Source: Botryllus schlosseri
Lineage: Eukaryota
Reading direction: 5' to 3'
Length of the DNA stretch: 64,000 nucleotides
NCBI GenBank assembly: GCA_051294905.1
Contig: CM119386.1
Coordinates: 7,688,001 to 7,752,000 of the forward strand
Shown here in pieces: positions 49,721 to 63,482 of the stretch. The stretch's first letter is position 1. Every line of letters begins with the position of its first letter. The position numbers and the translations under genes were made by a program. The notes beneath the pieces were generated by a model. The model searched no databases, was not told the DNA's origin, and saw only the letters and a program-made list of their open reading frames with translations.

Positions 49721-52700
49721 GCAGCGATCACAAAGGCGCTGGTGTCTTATCAGTTTTTCAGCTGGACTAATACGAAGTCGTATATAAATGGAGTGTGAAC
49801 TGCATTTATGTTTACGGTATAGGTCAATCGCGGACACGATACTTGCCACGCGCCCGTGCGAATTGCTTTTCATCCACCGTGCAGTTATTTTGTGTCACAT
49901 GACATCCGTCAGCTTGACCTTGGAAATATCCTCAATCTATCATAAAATATCCGTGCCGCAACATCAGTAATTGAGTCAAGCCAATTCAGAAGTATTGTAG
50001 ACCTCCAAATCAGAAGACTAACGACGATGAAATCCCGGGTTAGGGTTATTCTAAAGACCCGTCGTGAGAATTCGTGACGTCAAAGTTGGGTCTTAGACAG
50101 AAGTGATTGGTAAATGTAGCGGCTACTGGAGTGGACTGTTAAGAGAGTACGCGTGTTCACTGTTCGTTATCGGGTACTTCATAAAAATTCAGTCAACTTT
50201 ACTAAACACTATACGGTCGTGCGCTTGAATTATATTATTCATGTTGCCTTTAGATTCATGTTTGGCTCCATGACCATATTTAAATAATATTATCTGTCTC
50301 TTACTATGCGGTGGTGCGTGGCATACATTACGAAAATACGACACTATATACATTTATCAGAGATTAAGATGCGATGCACCTAATTCACTTCTGCCATGTT
50401 AAAGGAATCTATGTCCAAATCGTGACATCGTAAAGATTTAATATAGAACAATCTCATCGTCGTATTTGCTCGATATAAGCTCTTTTACGTATGATAGTAT
50501 TCTATTTCTGTGTACATCAAAAATAAATATACCAACGTATATATGCTTCTACGTATACTTTGCGGCTGATAAAATCCTTCAAAGAACAATGCGTGATGTA
50601 TCTACGTCGCGATTTACTCGGACTGCGAAAGACAATCTACCGCGATTCCATTTAGCGTCACAGAGTTGGACAATGACAAAAATAGTTTGTCGGACCTTTG
50701 AGGCATTTATGTGATCCATTTTGAGAATACGTGCATCGCTACAGAATAATAGCTTGTCATTGGCGTCCATATTTGGTCGTTTAAATAACGCGATCGTTCA
50801 TACACGCGATCCTTTTCACGTTCGCCTCAATTCGATTAGAATGGCCATACTTCAACGTGTCACACACATAGTTGATTCTACTAGTGGGCATTATGCCATT
50901 ATTAGTAAATATATTCATATCATGTATTGCCCCTCGCGACGTGTCTTTGCTGGTTACCTCCACGACGAAAATTCCGTCGGATCAGTCCCCTTCGGCACAA
51001 TATGAGTTGATTTTCATCGGTAAAATTCACTCTGCCACGTTTGCACAAGATTAACATTTCTACTACATATGCTACTATATTTCTACAAACTATATAGTAT
51101 GGGATTGCAATGTATCGGATCCTTTCCAGGTATCACATGATCACAATGTCAACTGAGAAAGTTCTCTAAGTCAGTTTGTTCTGTGGCGTGAACAGTTCAC
51201 GTATGCTGTATCCAACGTATCCCCAAGCTCTTTCAGTCTTTTGATACGCCGCTTGTATTCACTATTATTCAGTGTTATACTGTCTACAAAAATCAAATAT
51301 TTCAATGATTTCAACAATAGCGTATACCGTATAGGGTAAAAAGGAAATAAACGTCAATTTCTGGTACAAAATCGTGCTTTCAAACACATTCCAATGGGCC
51401 ATAACGAGTCAAATACATCAATTGTTCTGGAGATATATTCCATAGTCGGCTCTCTTTTCGTGTACCACGTTAAGAAGGCGCAAAAGGTGGTACACGTACG
51501 CCCACACGCAACGCCCCTGGGATATATATCCATACATACTGGTGTATTTGACTTGTGTCCACCCATTGTAATGGCCATGAAAGCATCAATTGGTATCAGA
51601 AAATGTCGTAGGCATGATTTTGCACCCGGCGCTATGGTGGATATCTGGTAAATACACGCGTTTTCCATGCCATTGCAGATGTACCCTTTGCATATTGCAT
51701 GTACGCATTCTAATATTAGACAATCGTAAGACCAAAGTAAGCAAAATTTATTGCATTGCAGCAAGCAGTATCGTCGCAACCTACGTAGACAAGGCTTTCC
51801 AAAGAATAACAATTCGCCAGCACGAAGCAATTTTAATTGCATGTTGGAAATAGGTCGGCATGCTTTGTAGTGGCTAGGGATGCATTTCGGTAATAACGCC
51901 AAAAATATTCAATGACCTTGATTCACTTGTGAAATTTCGTTCTGATTGCGTGCAATCGCACTGCGAAACTTCTTGTTCTTCGAAATCCTGACAGCGTTAT
52001 AGTGATCACATGACCAATTATAATAATTGCATTTTCTAGAACGAACCTCCACGGTGCTTAATTTTAACCACGTATATGTTATTGATGTAATTGCGTGACC
52101 GTCGGAACATTGCCAACGCTGAACGTCGAAACTTACGTACAGCCCTATCCGTAGAAACGAAACGAGAATTTTAAGTCCACGAATTATTATCAAAACAATG
52201 CGTTATTCAGTTATATATCTTTTATGCGGCAGCGCTGATTGTCAGACGTATATTGTATAATCATATCCTTTGGCAACATATATGAACATTGAACAAGGTG
52301 GCATATATATATACACCGCGTGTCGTTCGCTGAGAAAAGCACTGTCCTCTTTCAATTGTCTTGTTCCTATTCGTGAAGACATACGAGGAGTTGATACCAC
52401 TGTTAAATCGCTGTGGGGGAAATAAAACTGTTTCGTTTTCGTCATTGTCGGTGCATAATTTTGATCTAATATAGAATTTTGCTCCAACATTAGCATTGGT
52501 ATGTCGCCGATTTTATGTAAGACACAATACTTGAAGCGCTGTTTACAATGCTTGGAACCTGTGGTTACTTCTTTCTTTCGACCGTAACTACTAAAATAGA
52601 AATTGTTGTGCGACGAGGAACGTATTTCAGATACAACAACGTCTCGTGGTTCCTAACATGTGTTCTCCCTTTGAATTGGCTACTAAGCTGGCAATAACTT

Positions 52701-54489
52701 CCGCAGAGATAAGATGATATTAAAAGATCGCTACAACAAGATGAACCCGTGTGCCTACGTGAACTAGCACCCATTTCACAATTTGTACACATGTTATGAT
52801 GCTTGTAGTATGGAAATTAGTCGGAAACTAGTTTGTAAAGATGTTGTATATCCGAGCGTTTATTATTTAGGATATTTATGGCATACGAAACTGGGCAGTA
52901 GAGCAAAAGCATTCGTGTTTGTTACTCTATCTTCTTCGTAGCATTTGCGCCATGATACTGCACATAGCAGGCCCATGTGCTGACTATAAATCGTTTGTTA
53001 TTTCATTAGGATATGCTGATAAGTCAGTTACTTGGGATACCATACAAAGTCTGTCAGGCAATAGGCCTACTTGATTATGCAACCTCCCTCATGATTGAAT
53101 GATAGTGTGATAGCCCGATATTTCGCGAGATTACCTTTGAGAAAATCTGTATCTACCGATACCTCATCCAAATGTCACCATATCGACTTGAAATCATTGC
53201 TTTGTAAAGGTGGCCTTGCAGTCGACTCCATCATGATGATTATTGTCACAAAATATTGACCAATTACTTAAACTTCTCTATCTCTGATTGGCTTAAATCC
53301 GAACAGATCGCTGAAAATATAGGGATCGTCGATCGTTGCTAACACATATCCTACTTTGGGCCGATAAGGGCTGATACCTATACTTCAAGTCGTCGCCAGA
53401 CAGTATAGCATTCAGCGTAATATTCTGAAAATTGTTTTGTATAGCAAACGATCTTCCAAGTTTTTTTAGTAGATATGCATCAAAGTGTATACAGCGAATC
53501 TATTTTCAGTAAACATCAATTTGCTAAATTATCACACCTGATGCTATAAATATTCGAGTAGAGTATTGTAAAGATCATGAAGTGCAAAAAATAGATTATG
53601 TGACGGTGTAACATCTATTCGACATAACTGTGATTTATGATTGATGGCGCTTACGTTGCGACCTGCGACATCTTTCATAGTGACCTCAATGAAACCACGC
53701 ATCTACCTCTAATGAATTGGCAATTTTAGCAGAATTATGTTCCCCTTCTACTTCTAAATTCTTGTAAACTATATGCGTAATATCTACTTCACTATCACTA
53801 TCGGATTGCGTGCCTGATTCTCAAAATTATTCTATGCTACACTCCACATACAATATACATGCGATCCACACCATAGTTAATCTCTAACACAGCTTTTGAT
53901 TCATTCGCTTACCGGCCATATAGGTCGAATGTTTTGAATAATTTTTCAATGCCGCCAAGTAAGTTGGAAGGTATTTCAGACATAGACCGGAAGTGTCCTG
54001 TGGAGTCTGAATACCCAAAAGTAGATTTTTCCCTGATTGATCATCAAAATCGATTCATCTAGTAAAATCAAGTAAACACATCAGAAACGCTATGCGGTTT
54101 AATATATGTTACATGAAGACTTTTCGCTACGAAGTATTTGGAAGTTTACTGTTTTTCTGAATCAACGCCTGCATGTAAGGCAATGTAAAATGACACCGTG
54201 GACCACATACATGCATCAGATTTTCACACAGCATATTTTCGCATGTGGTAGGAGACTATCACAATTCCTATATCGATATTACATGTGAGTCAAATAGTTA
54301 GAGACTATTTTCTACTGAAAATTAATTTATCAACGACAACCGTAGTTTCGATACGATTTCCACTGTGGAATCCTTGAAACTACGAAACGCGCATACGAAA
54401 CGTAGTACAAAGCTGAGCACGTTACCGGAAATAACATATTTGTGAAGTCAAGGTACATATTTGAACTTCCCACATCCGTCACCTGTTAT

Positions 54490-54560
54490 AACGTCATAAT
54501 GAGTGATACTCGAATACTCGAAGCCTCAAACCCGATACAGAATCGGATCATTCGGTAACT
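54490..54560. mobile_element. Fragment of MITE family C
   Basis: ACGTCATAATGAGTGATACTCGA is the reverse complement of ~42339-42361. Confidence 0.5.
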
Positions 54561-55852
54561 CAATATCGCCATGCCTTATAGAAGTGATACATTATAAAAT
54601 TCCCAGCTATAATTAGCACCAGAATTCAAGACACAGGTATAAACGTCGCTAAATCCGTTTGGCGTATCCATCGCTTCGTGTATAATTGGAAATTAGCATT
54701 TGATTATTCTTGTACATTGCATAGAACATCTAGTTTCTCCAAAGTACGATTTCTGCCACATCCATGCTTGGCGATGTCTGAAACTACAACTGTGAACCGC
54801 CGCTTGAATCGCTTTCTGTGTATATATGGAGTTATGCATTGCACGGTATACCTTATACTTGCAGCTTAAGCCAGCGCTATGATCTTTAGTCATGCGGGGT
54901 CCCTTGGGTGTGTGAATGAAATTCCAATGCGTCATTTGAGATGAACATTGACTATTACATCACGGTTACTTTTAGTAGGATGATGATGCCTAAATTTTTA
55001 ACTCGGCTTCAATTCCAGATGGTGATAATGGGTCCCTTCAATGATCCTGTAATCATTTTAAACTACCGCACAATTTGCTCACGATTCGAACTGTCTCTCG
55101 TCATTTACTTTCCCTTTCCCGCGCAAGCTTCTGGATCATAGTCGGTTAAAACGGCTTAGTGGCGTGCTGCAAATGTCGCTTATCTGAAATATAAGGTTAT
55201 AATTATATTCGAGTGGCCATTAAAGAGTGGATATGCCGCGCTATTTTGGTTATTTTGCATGTGAAGTGCCAATAAGCCGAGTTGATATTTTGCCGAATAT
55301 GTTATTAAAAGGCGTATTATAATTGGTGCAACGAGTAATTTCTGGCAACTCCTTGTAATAACATCCATCACCTTGTTATTTATTCAACCAAAGGCAGATT
55401 TGTTAGAAGAACGTGTAATCTGGTACTGCTCTTGATTGCAACGTTTGCTCGCTCGTATGTGGCGTGCATTGTTGTGCAAATCATAGATTTCGCAGTTGCG
55501 TGACGGGCAAGGGCGGCGTTTTATGACACCACACAACATACCACGGAAGGCATCGGTAAGTCACCGCAACACGGATGTTCGTGTAATGAATACACACTAC
55601 ACAGGAATAAACCTTCACCGAAGTCGAGTAACGCCGCTTGCGATCGTCGGTAATGCTCTGAAGCGACATCATGATTTTGCGCGAAAGGGAGTATGTGATG
55701 AGTGAAGCCCACTATTACCGAATTATACCTTCATCGGAAGAAAAGCTGTTTACAATTAGTAATGGTCACATCGAGTATTGATTGTAATGATTCGGGTCAG
55801 ATAGTGGGAGAGATTTTAAGAAACCGAGTACTCAAATTGTATGCCTCTTGCC

Positions 55853-57168
55853 CAGGGCCGTAACAGCACTTCGTCAGGCCCCCCCCAAAAACGTTGGCCT
55901 TGGGCCCCCCATAGGGTGATAAACCTAACTTCTGGGGGGCTTCGCCCCCCATACCCCCCTTTGGCTATCTGCTTTTTGACGCTATTTCACATCTGTATTG
56001 GGTGTCCGTTTAGTGAGTCAGCTTTTCCCGCCTAGACGCGCGAAGCGCGAAAAATTTCCGAAAATCATGATTGAATCGGGCAATATGATCGGGAATTACA
56101 TATATATTGCTATCAATTTTGATCCTCTCCCTGCTCACGCAATCAGATTTACCGTTAGAGCTGAGCGAGGTCTGTTTAAAAACGTAGGACCGCCCAATAA
56201 TAATTAGACATCTTCGGGCGTATACCCGTTGGCAGGAACGAAACAGCACTTCGTCAGCCCCGCCCCCCCCACAAAAACTTGGGTTTGGGGTTCTCATATG
56301 GTGATAAACCGACCCCCTCATCACAGTGTTCGCTTTTGCCACGACATTAGCTGCACTGTTTAGTGAGCCAGCTCGAAGCGCGAAAATTTTCGATAATTCA
56401 TGATACAATCGGTCAATAAGATCGGGAATTGCAAATATTTTGCTATCAATATCTTGTCCTCTCTGCTCACGTTATCAGATTTACCGGAAACTGTAGGGCC
56501 CGTGAATAATAATTAAACATCTTCGGGCGGGCGGACCCGTTGGTATGACTTCGTTACATGATTTTATTTCGTGACCTCCTGTCTGCTTTATCAAAAATAT
56601 AGAATCGCTCAAACGTACGAAACTAAAAGACGCACACGATTTCAAATTGATATTTCTTCACTGGCATAAATTTTTTTCCTGCTGGATGGTATTTGTCTTC
56701 TGAGGTTCAGAATGCCAAGACAGGGAGAAACATATGGCGCCAGTCATTTAGGCGCCTGGACAATTAAACCTATTATTTTGTATATATAACGAAGTTTTTG
56801 GTTTGCGTAAGGGCAGTCCGTTTCGGCCAAACTTTTCGCGCTGCCGATCGTTCTGACACACTTTTTGGAGTCGCATGTAATAAGTCCTAAATCGTTATAT
56901 ATCTTGGTGCGTAGTGGCGTGTTAATGGCCAGCGCCGATATGTCCATTTATATAAATCTTGCGTGTTTATTCGTGGGGGAAGAGTACCAAATAATCAAGA
57001 TATGTGGCAACTTTAAATCGCGCGCAGCGCGAAAAATTTTGGAAAAAATTGCATAAATTTAAAAAAAAATACTCTATAATTTATGCTAATTCACGAAATA
57101 ATTTGGGGCCACCTTGGAGCTCGGCCCCCCCCAATTGGGGGGTTTGGGGTGCGGCAGTTACGGTGCTG
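55853..57168. mobile_element. Non-autonomous hAT (Tip100-like, CAGGGCCG end) element
   Basis: TIR CAGGGCCGTAAC / GTTACGGTGCTG (10/12); perfect TSD CTCTTGCC (55845-55852, 57169-57176); internal ~190-bp subrepeats. Confidence 0.9.
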
Positions 57169-59694
57169 CTCTTGCCCCTTTGATCAACGAGAACGAGTCT
57201 CGATGCCTTTTTCCCAACGTGGAAGCCTTGAAACCGCAGTTTGTCGTATAGCAACATCTCAAAGCTGTACAAAATTATACTCACGTCAGCGGAAATGACA
57301 TTTCCTCGAAGTCGCGATCAACCCACAGCATTGTCACAAAGTACATTGAAATACATAGGTATCTGATGAGCGTCTTGGTGGTACAGAGCTTCAATATGCA
57401 ATTGAATAGTAGCCTACATTCACATTAAAATGAACCCGAATATTTTCGGTTGACACTGGTCAGTGGTAGTCGTCAGCATCTAGTAACTAGTCTAGTCATT
57501 TCAATATGCATATACTTTTCAATTGTTCATACATAAGTATGATCGAATAATACCAAATTATATCTATGTGGTGTAGAAGTGACATTATTTTCTTTGTGGT
57601 CGCTTGTGTTACATATTTTAACTTTCCACGTCGTCCATGCGCGTATGGCGTCTTAATAAGTGATACTCGACTTAACTCGAAGCCTAATGCTAGATTCAGA
57701 ATCAATTCAACCAGGTGCCGGACTGCCGGATTCATCGTCATGCTCTCAGGGCATTTTTCAAAGCTTCTTTTTCACAATAACTTTGATACCCGACTGCTGA
57801 AACTCTGACGCCTTGTCTTCTCCGCCAGGTATTTGTACTCTTGTATAATATCCAAGTGGTATGCTTTATTATAATGAGTGTTGTTAAAATGCGAATCCGC
57901 ACAAGACACACGTTGTTGGCCTATATGGCGATACACAAGACGCAATGCGGTTTTTAAATTGGCTTGGGTCACTTTTCGGGTGAAGGTCAGCAGTTCACCC
58001 GTGTTGTCTGCGTATCCGAATAGTACATGGGCGTGCGATAAACCCCTCCAATTCCCCGTCTATACGTACAATTTACATCACCCACAAAGTCTACGTGCTT
58101 GACTAACGTCAGTTAAATCTGCAAATAGCGCGCCGATTCACACGGCGCGACACCTCAAAAATGTTTTCACACATGGATAACCGAAACAATTCGATTGGGG
58201 TTAATTTCCGCAAGTACTTACATAATAGAAGGGATAATGTAGACTCATAACCGGATATTGTATTAAAACGAGCTCGTTGTTATGGTGCTGTTACAAGTTG
58301 CTGTGTCACAGGTAACGAGGTCATAGTTGTTCAAGTTGTGGTAGACACAATTTGTGTTATGGCTGTATAAATTATGACAAATTGTGCACCTTGGAGTTTA
58401 CATGTGTATAACGTCATATTATAGCATGATGCTGCAATCGTCATTTCAGGATGAAATCAATCAGTTCCTGATTTTCCCCAGCTCTAGTGTTTTGAAAATA
58501 TGATGACTTGTATTAGTTATGCATTTTGACAATCCCACTCAAGATGACTATACACTCACATACAGTATACACGATGCAGCTCCTGCACGATGCGTACGTC
58601 ATCGCCCACAAGACTATACGATATAATTTACTGGGTTAATGAAGTAAGCTATATACACATAATTAAAATTAGTCATCCCCGACCTAGCATGTGAGGTTTT
58701 GTGAACCTGTTCCTAACGGCATGCGGAAATATGTTGCTAACTCATATCGATGCCACCAACTTGTGTCGCATCAACACATCCAATCACATGTGGGTAAAGA
58801 GGTCTTGAAGTATTTAAATGTTAGTGTCTATAAAATAGCATGGGAATGGGAATGACACTAATGCTATCATGTAAAAAGCGTCTAGCTGTATGTACACCGC
58901 CTCAAAGGAAACGATAAAGGGGAGATCAAACTACCGATCTCGCAATTGGTTTCAAGCTCCCGGCTATCTTTCTGTTTGTGAGGTTCTTTATCGTTCTACG
59001 TGTCAAAAAGCATTCGTGCGCTTCTTTGTGGCCAAACTGTTAGCGGCAGTTGGACGGATGCGAACGCGGATGAGACAAAGACCTGCTACAGGCCTGCGTC
59101 GCTAATCAATCACGCTGTACAAAGGAGCAGGATCGATGAATCATTATTTTGCAGCAACACGCAGACCTATGCGCAGTCAGCGGATCGCAACGCCGACAGG
59201 TGTCGGCTGTAGATCTATAGCTTTCGATAACAGATTAATATTTGACGACGTCGAATTTGATTAAAACTCGAGACAGATGCTGTATATGCTGTTTTTATTG
59301 TGCCAGGCAATCTGACTGTTGGAAAAAATTATTCGAAATATTTAATTTTCATCTTTGAAGCGATTTGCGCCGTATTTTTCACGACTTGTACGAGTTGACT
59401 AATTGCCGTAAAACTATCATGACTAAATCGGGAATGCTGGCGCGGACTTCGGGTCAATATTTTCGAACAGTAGCGCAGAAGAAATGTAGCCAGAAAAAAT
59501 GTTTTCTGCAATTAAAATACGCGCGAGTTGCACTGTGACGTCACGCAATGGAAATTATATGAACAACGCTCTCCCTTTTATATTTGGGTTCAAATAACTG
59601 AGCTGCTATGTTTTAAATTAGTAAAGGGCATATTGTAATTTTCTTAACGCACCCAAATTTCACCAATAAATGCTAAAAGGGTTGCTGTTCAGTA

Positions 59695-59780
59695 TCCATG
59701 GTGTTTTGACATCTATGATCATGGTCATTTACACCAGACCAATATTACTTGTTATGATCCCGTGTAGCACGGAGCTCGCC
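59695..59780 (-). mobile_element. 3' fragment of the tRNA-derived SINE
   Basis: CATGGTGTTT..ATGGTCATTTACACCAG..GTAGCACGG matches the SINE tail and body. Confidence 0.6.
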
Positions 59781-61208
59781 AGTTAGTAAAGATTTTAACG
59801 TTGAGATGAATAGATGGATGGGTAAACTAATATATTAGCGATATGTTGGCGTCTCCTTTGACTGACATTATCGTTACCCAAATCTAATTTGGATATAGCC
59901 ATAATCACAGCAATGGCTATGGTTGTGGGTAAATTTTGTGTCTTCTGAGTTTTTCGAAATGCCACAACCCGACTAAAGGGGAAAACGTTGGAATATCATT
60001 CTCGAGCCGCAGTGGCGATTCTAAGAATTCGCTCGCCAATGGGAACTTATAGCCGTGTGCTTACTCATTGCTACAGTGATGCAATTGCACCTACACTTCA
60101 CCTGGTTATTTAATATCGATACTGGATCATTTGATATGTCACTACAGCTGGTCAACTCTACGTAGGACGCTGCAACTTTGATGCAGATGTGAATGAAGAG
60201 AATAAATTATATCTCTTGATATAAACTAACACTGGATGCAACTGTTCCTGTGTGGGAGGACAGAATAGAAGGCTGCAAATCTTTGAGAACGAAAATTCTT
60301 CGATAATAGGCAACCCATATATATGTAACCTATATGGTACATATATAAGAACCTCTCTTTCGTAACACAGTGTTGCACTTCCAACCTGGTGATCGATCAA
60401 ATTATATCTTCACCGGTCGCCAGAACTGTTATTTCGGGACCGCGTTCTCTGCGGAATTCCCCGACATTATGAATGGGGAATTCTTATCGGTTCGGCGATT
60501 TTCGAAGTACAGTTGGCAACATTCGATGTTGAACTTTCTGCATTGTTTCAGCAGATGTGCGCGTTAATACAGAATTATAGCTTTGACTGAAATACGATTT
60601 GCATGACTTCCGTCACACTCTAATGTTTATAAGGCACAAAAACATCGGCTCTCATGCCTGAGGTGGTCAATAACGAATTACTTCTACTTTTTCGGAGTAC
60701 GCAAGTAGATTTTGCCTACCTGCACGACATACTCAAGTATTTATGTGTTAAGGCTACTTCCACTTCTACTTGGTGTAATTTTCAATTAGTTGGGAAGATG
60801 CATCTTCCAATATCGAAAGTAGGAACCTCCGATTGACTGCTAACATATGCAACCCCACAATCGAGTCTACTTTGGGGAAACTACTTACTTGAGTACTTCT
60901 CAGACTCTGAAGTATTTTCACCGTGTTTTAGAAATGGTAACTTGTGGGTATGGAGATATGTTTGGCGCTCAGCAACTAGGGCTTTGCGCGCCAGGTCCAC
61001 CTGGGAGGGTTGATATGGGGTTATATTCCCCTTCCGGTCAGTATCACATAATATATTATTGGGTGTACCCCGGGACTACGATATCGTAGGCCCCGGTGTA
61101 CCATTATACGATTGTCAGTAGTACATTAAGTTCCGTTGGAAGGTGTTGCAGAGTATGCAGACTACACGCCCCGAGTATATATGTAACCTCTGTGGGATCG
61201 GTAACACG

Positions 61209-61627
61209 TACGGTTGCATTTAAAACAAAAATCAATTTCAAACAAACATGTTTAAAACATGTTTTTTATTGTATTTTTTTTAAGCAATTACGTCACGAAT
61301 ATTTAATTGCGACGTCATAGTGTATTGACAATTGAAAATATAGGGTAAATACAGCTCCTTTGACGAAATATCTACATAATACTATAGCTTTTGAACCGAC
61401 TATTTTGAGGGTTCCAACCATCCCACATCGTACACGTCGGCTATATTGGGTGGTAATCGTCCGTCGGCTCATACAACATGTTTTTGGGAAAGTATTTACA
61501 GAATTATGGCATAATTATACAACTTGAAAAACACATTTTTTTAAAAATGGCCTTTGTTTCAAGCACTGTTCAAAACATGTTTTAAACAAAGTGTTTCAAA
61601 CAACCATTTGTTTTAAATGCAACCCTA
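61209..61627. mobile_element. hAT-type MITE family A, third copy
   Basis: TACGGTTGCATTTAAAACAAAAATC ... TTTTAAATGCAACCCTA; closely collinear with 27915..28326; TSD degenerate. Confidence 0.85.
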
Positions 61628-63374
61628 GTTAACGCGTGGATGTAAAAACGAAGTGCTCTAACGTTTTGTACACTTGGCCTTGTTCACAAAGACCACTGTC
61701 ATGCTGGCCAATTCGATGCATGTGTGCATTTAGTCGAAATTGTCCTGTTTGATGACGAATCAGGATTGAGTTTTGATGCGGTTTTCACGCAGTTTTCATC
61801 AGTTCAAGTAGGTAGGTAGTAAGCAGTTTGTAGGTAATGCGTACAGAATTCACAATGCGTACATATCTTGAACACGACTCCTGATCAATGATCACTTATC
61901 TCGTTTTTCCATTTTGTTCGACAAATGATAACTTGTAATTCTACTTTTACTTTAGCAGCAACTCTGAGTCGACACGAGTCATCAAAGTTGATACTCAATG
62001 AGGTACTCGAATCGTTATGCGAAGCCCTACCTATTACCCAATGCACGACGATACAATTCGTGATGAATATTATTTCTTGTGAAAAATCTATGCGTCATTC
62101 GTTGTTCAACTGTTTTGCAGCTTCATAAGAAATCTCTAATTATTAATCCTATATTAATTCCCACAAACGAAATGAAGCCTGAGCGTGGAAATATCCTCAA
62201 ACCTTGTGTGGATGATTGTGCCCGCAGGTGTTTAATCGCTCATTGTCAACAGATGGAGCGGAAATTGATATTGTCTCCTGCACTTGTCCGCAGTCGTTCA
62301 ATTCCAAGCCATCCGTTCAAAACAATCGGCACTGATCCCGTATTAGGAAATCAGTCATTGAAAGTTAAGTATCATAATAGTCTTGTATTTCGCAATTATG
62401 TGAAATAGGGTATCACGATTTCGAAATTCAGTGGGGAAAGGAGCTTTTGAGGAATAAAACCGAGCTAATTGACGCGGCGCGGTGCGTTTCGAAAAGTATT
62501 ACTTGGCAATAACACGCAATGCGTTTCGTATCTTACACAGTACGCAGCAATACTACGAGGATCGACATTATGTTTGTCAAATTCGCTTGCGAAAATGAAC
62601 AACACTCGTGCGTTGTGTCGCTGACTTTCCGCACGATCAGCATTCGACTTCAGCCGTGCTTCGTCATCACATCAAAGAAGGAGGTCAATATTGGTTGGAT
62701 TGTGGATATTATTGTTGTGTAATATCTGTCAAATTTTGATATCTGCAGATTGCATGCGATGTAAATAGCGGGTATCGCTGGCACATGATGAAGCGCATCC
62801 GAAATTCGATTTTGTGGTACAGATTGGAGTCGCCACAAACACTCGTTCGGGTGTTAGCAGATACCAGATCTCCTGATGAGTGAGTGACTCATGACATGAA
62901 AAAGGTCAACTTGTAAGGCCACTTCAAGAGGCAGATACGCTTTCCATGTTTCGGATCCGATAAGGAGAATCATCCTCTCAAATATATTTCACGGTCCAGA
63001 CCCTTCTTTAAAAGAAGAAAAAAAGTGCGGAGTACGTGGTTGAGCACAGCAGGATAGTAAAATATCACTCATGTGTTCAAATAATGACTGTATTATAAGT
63101 GTATATGGCTACACGGAAAATATGTGTTTTGTATAGTCATCATAAAAATTGTTTTTACTCAATTATTATTCACTTTGTGATAGCCGTCGAAAACATTATA
63201 AGCGAGTATGCTAATTTGGAGAAGATAGGCTACTACTGGTTCTACGCCGTGCCACCTGCTGGCACATAGATATAACCCAACAGCTCGTTAATGTGGAATA
63301 GCCGATGTCGTGACCGCATCAGACCGAAAGACTACCTTCTTCATGGCTGTAAGCGTGAAGTAAATGACATTTCA

Positions 63375-63482
63375 GTCATTTCAAATCATTTCAGTACACC
63401 ACAAGACTGTGATACAATGAAAAGATAGATAGGTATCGAAGCGACTTGGAGTAGTCTTTGAAATCAGGCGCCCACCTGGCCT
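63375..63482 (-). mobile_element. LINE 3' UTR fragment with a short repeat tail
   Basis: CACCACAAGACTGTGATACAATGAAAAGA..CGAAGCGAC..GTAGTCT..CCCACCTGGCCT is the reverse complement of ~16441-16530. Confidence 0.75.

Noticed and set aside
55998-56408. 132-aa and 69-aa ORFs
   Set aside because: Lie inside a non-autonomous hAT element; no transposase motifs
62873-62901. CTGATGA...GAAA hammerhead-like core
   Set aside because: Stem II does not close directly onto GAAA, and no stems I/III were found
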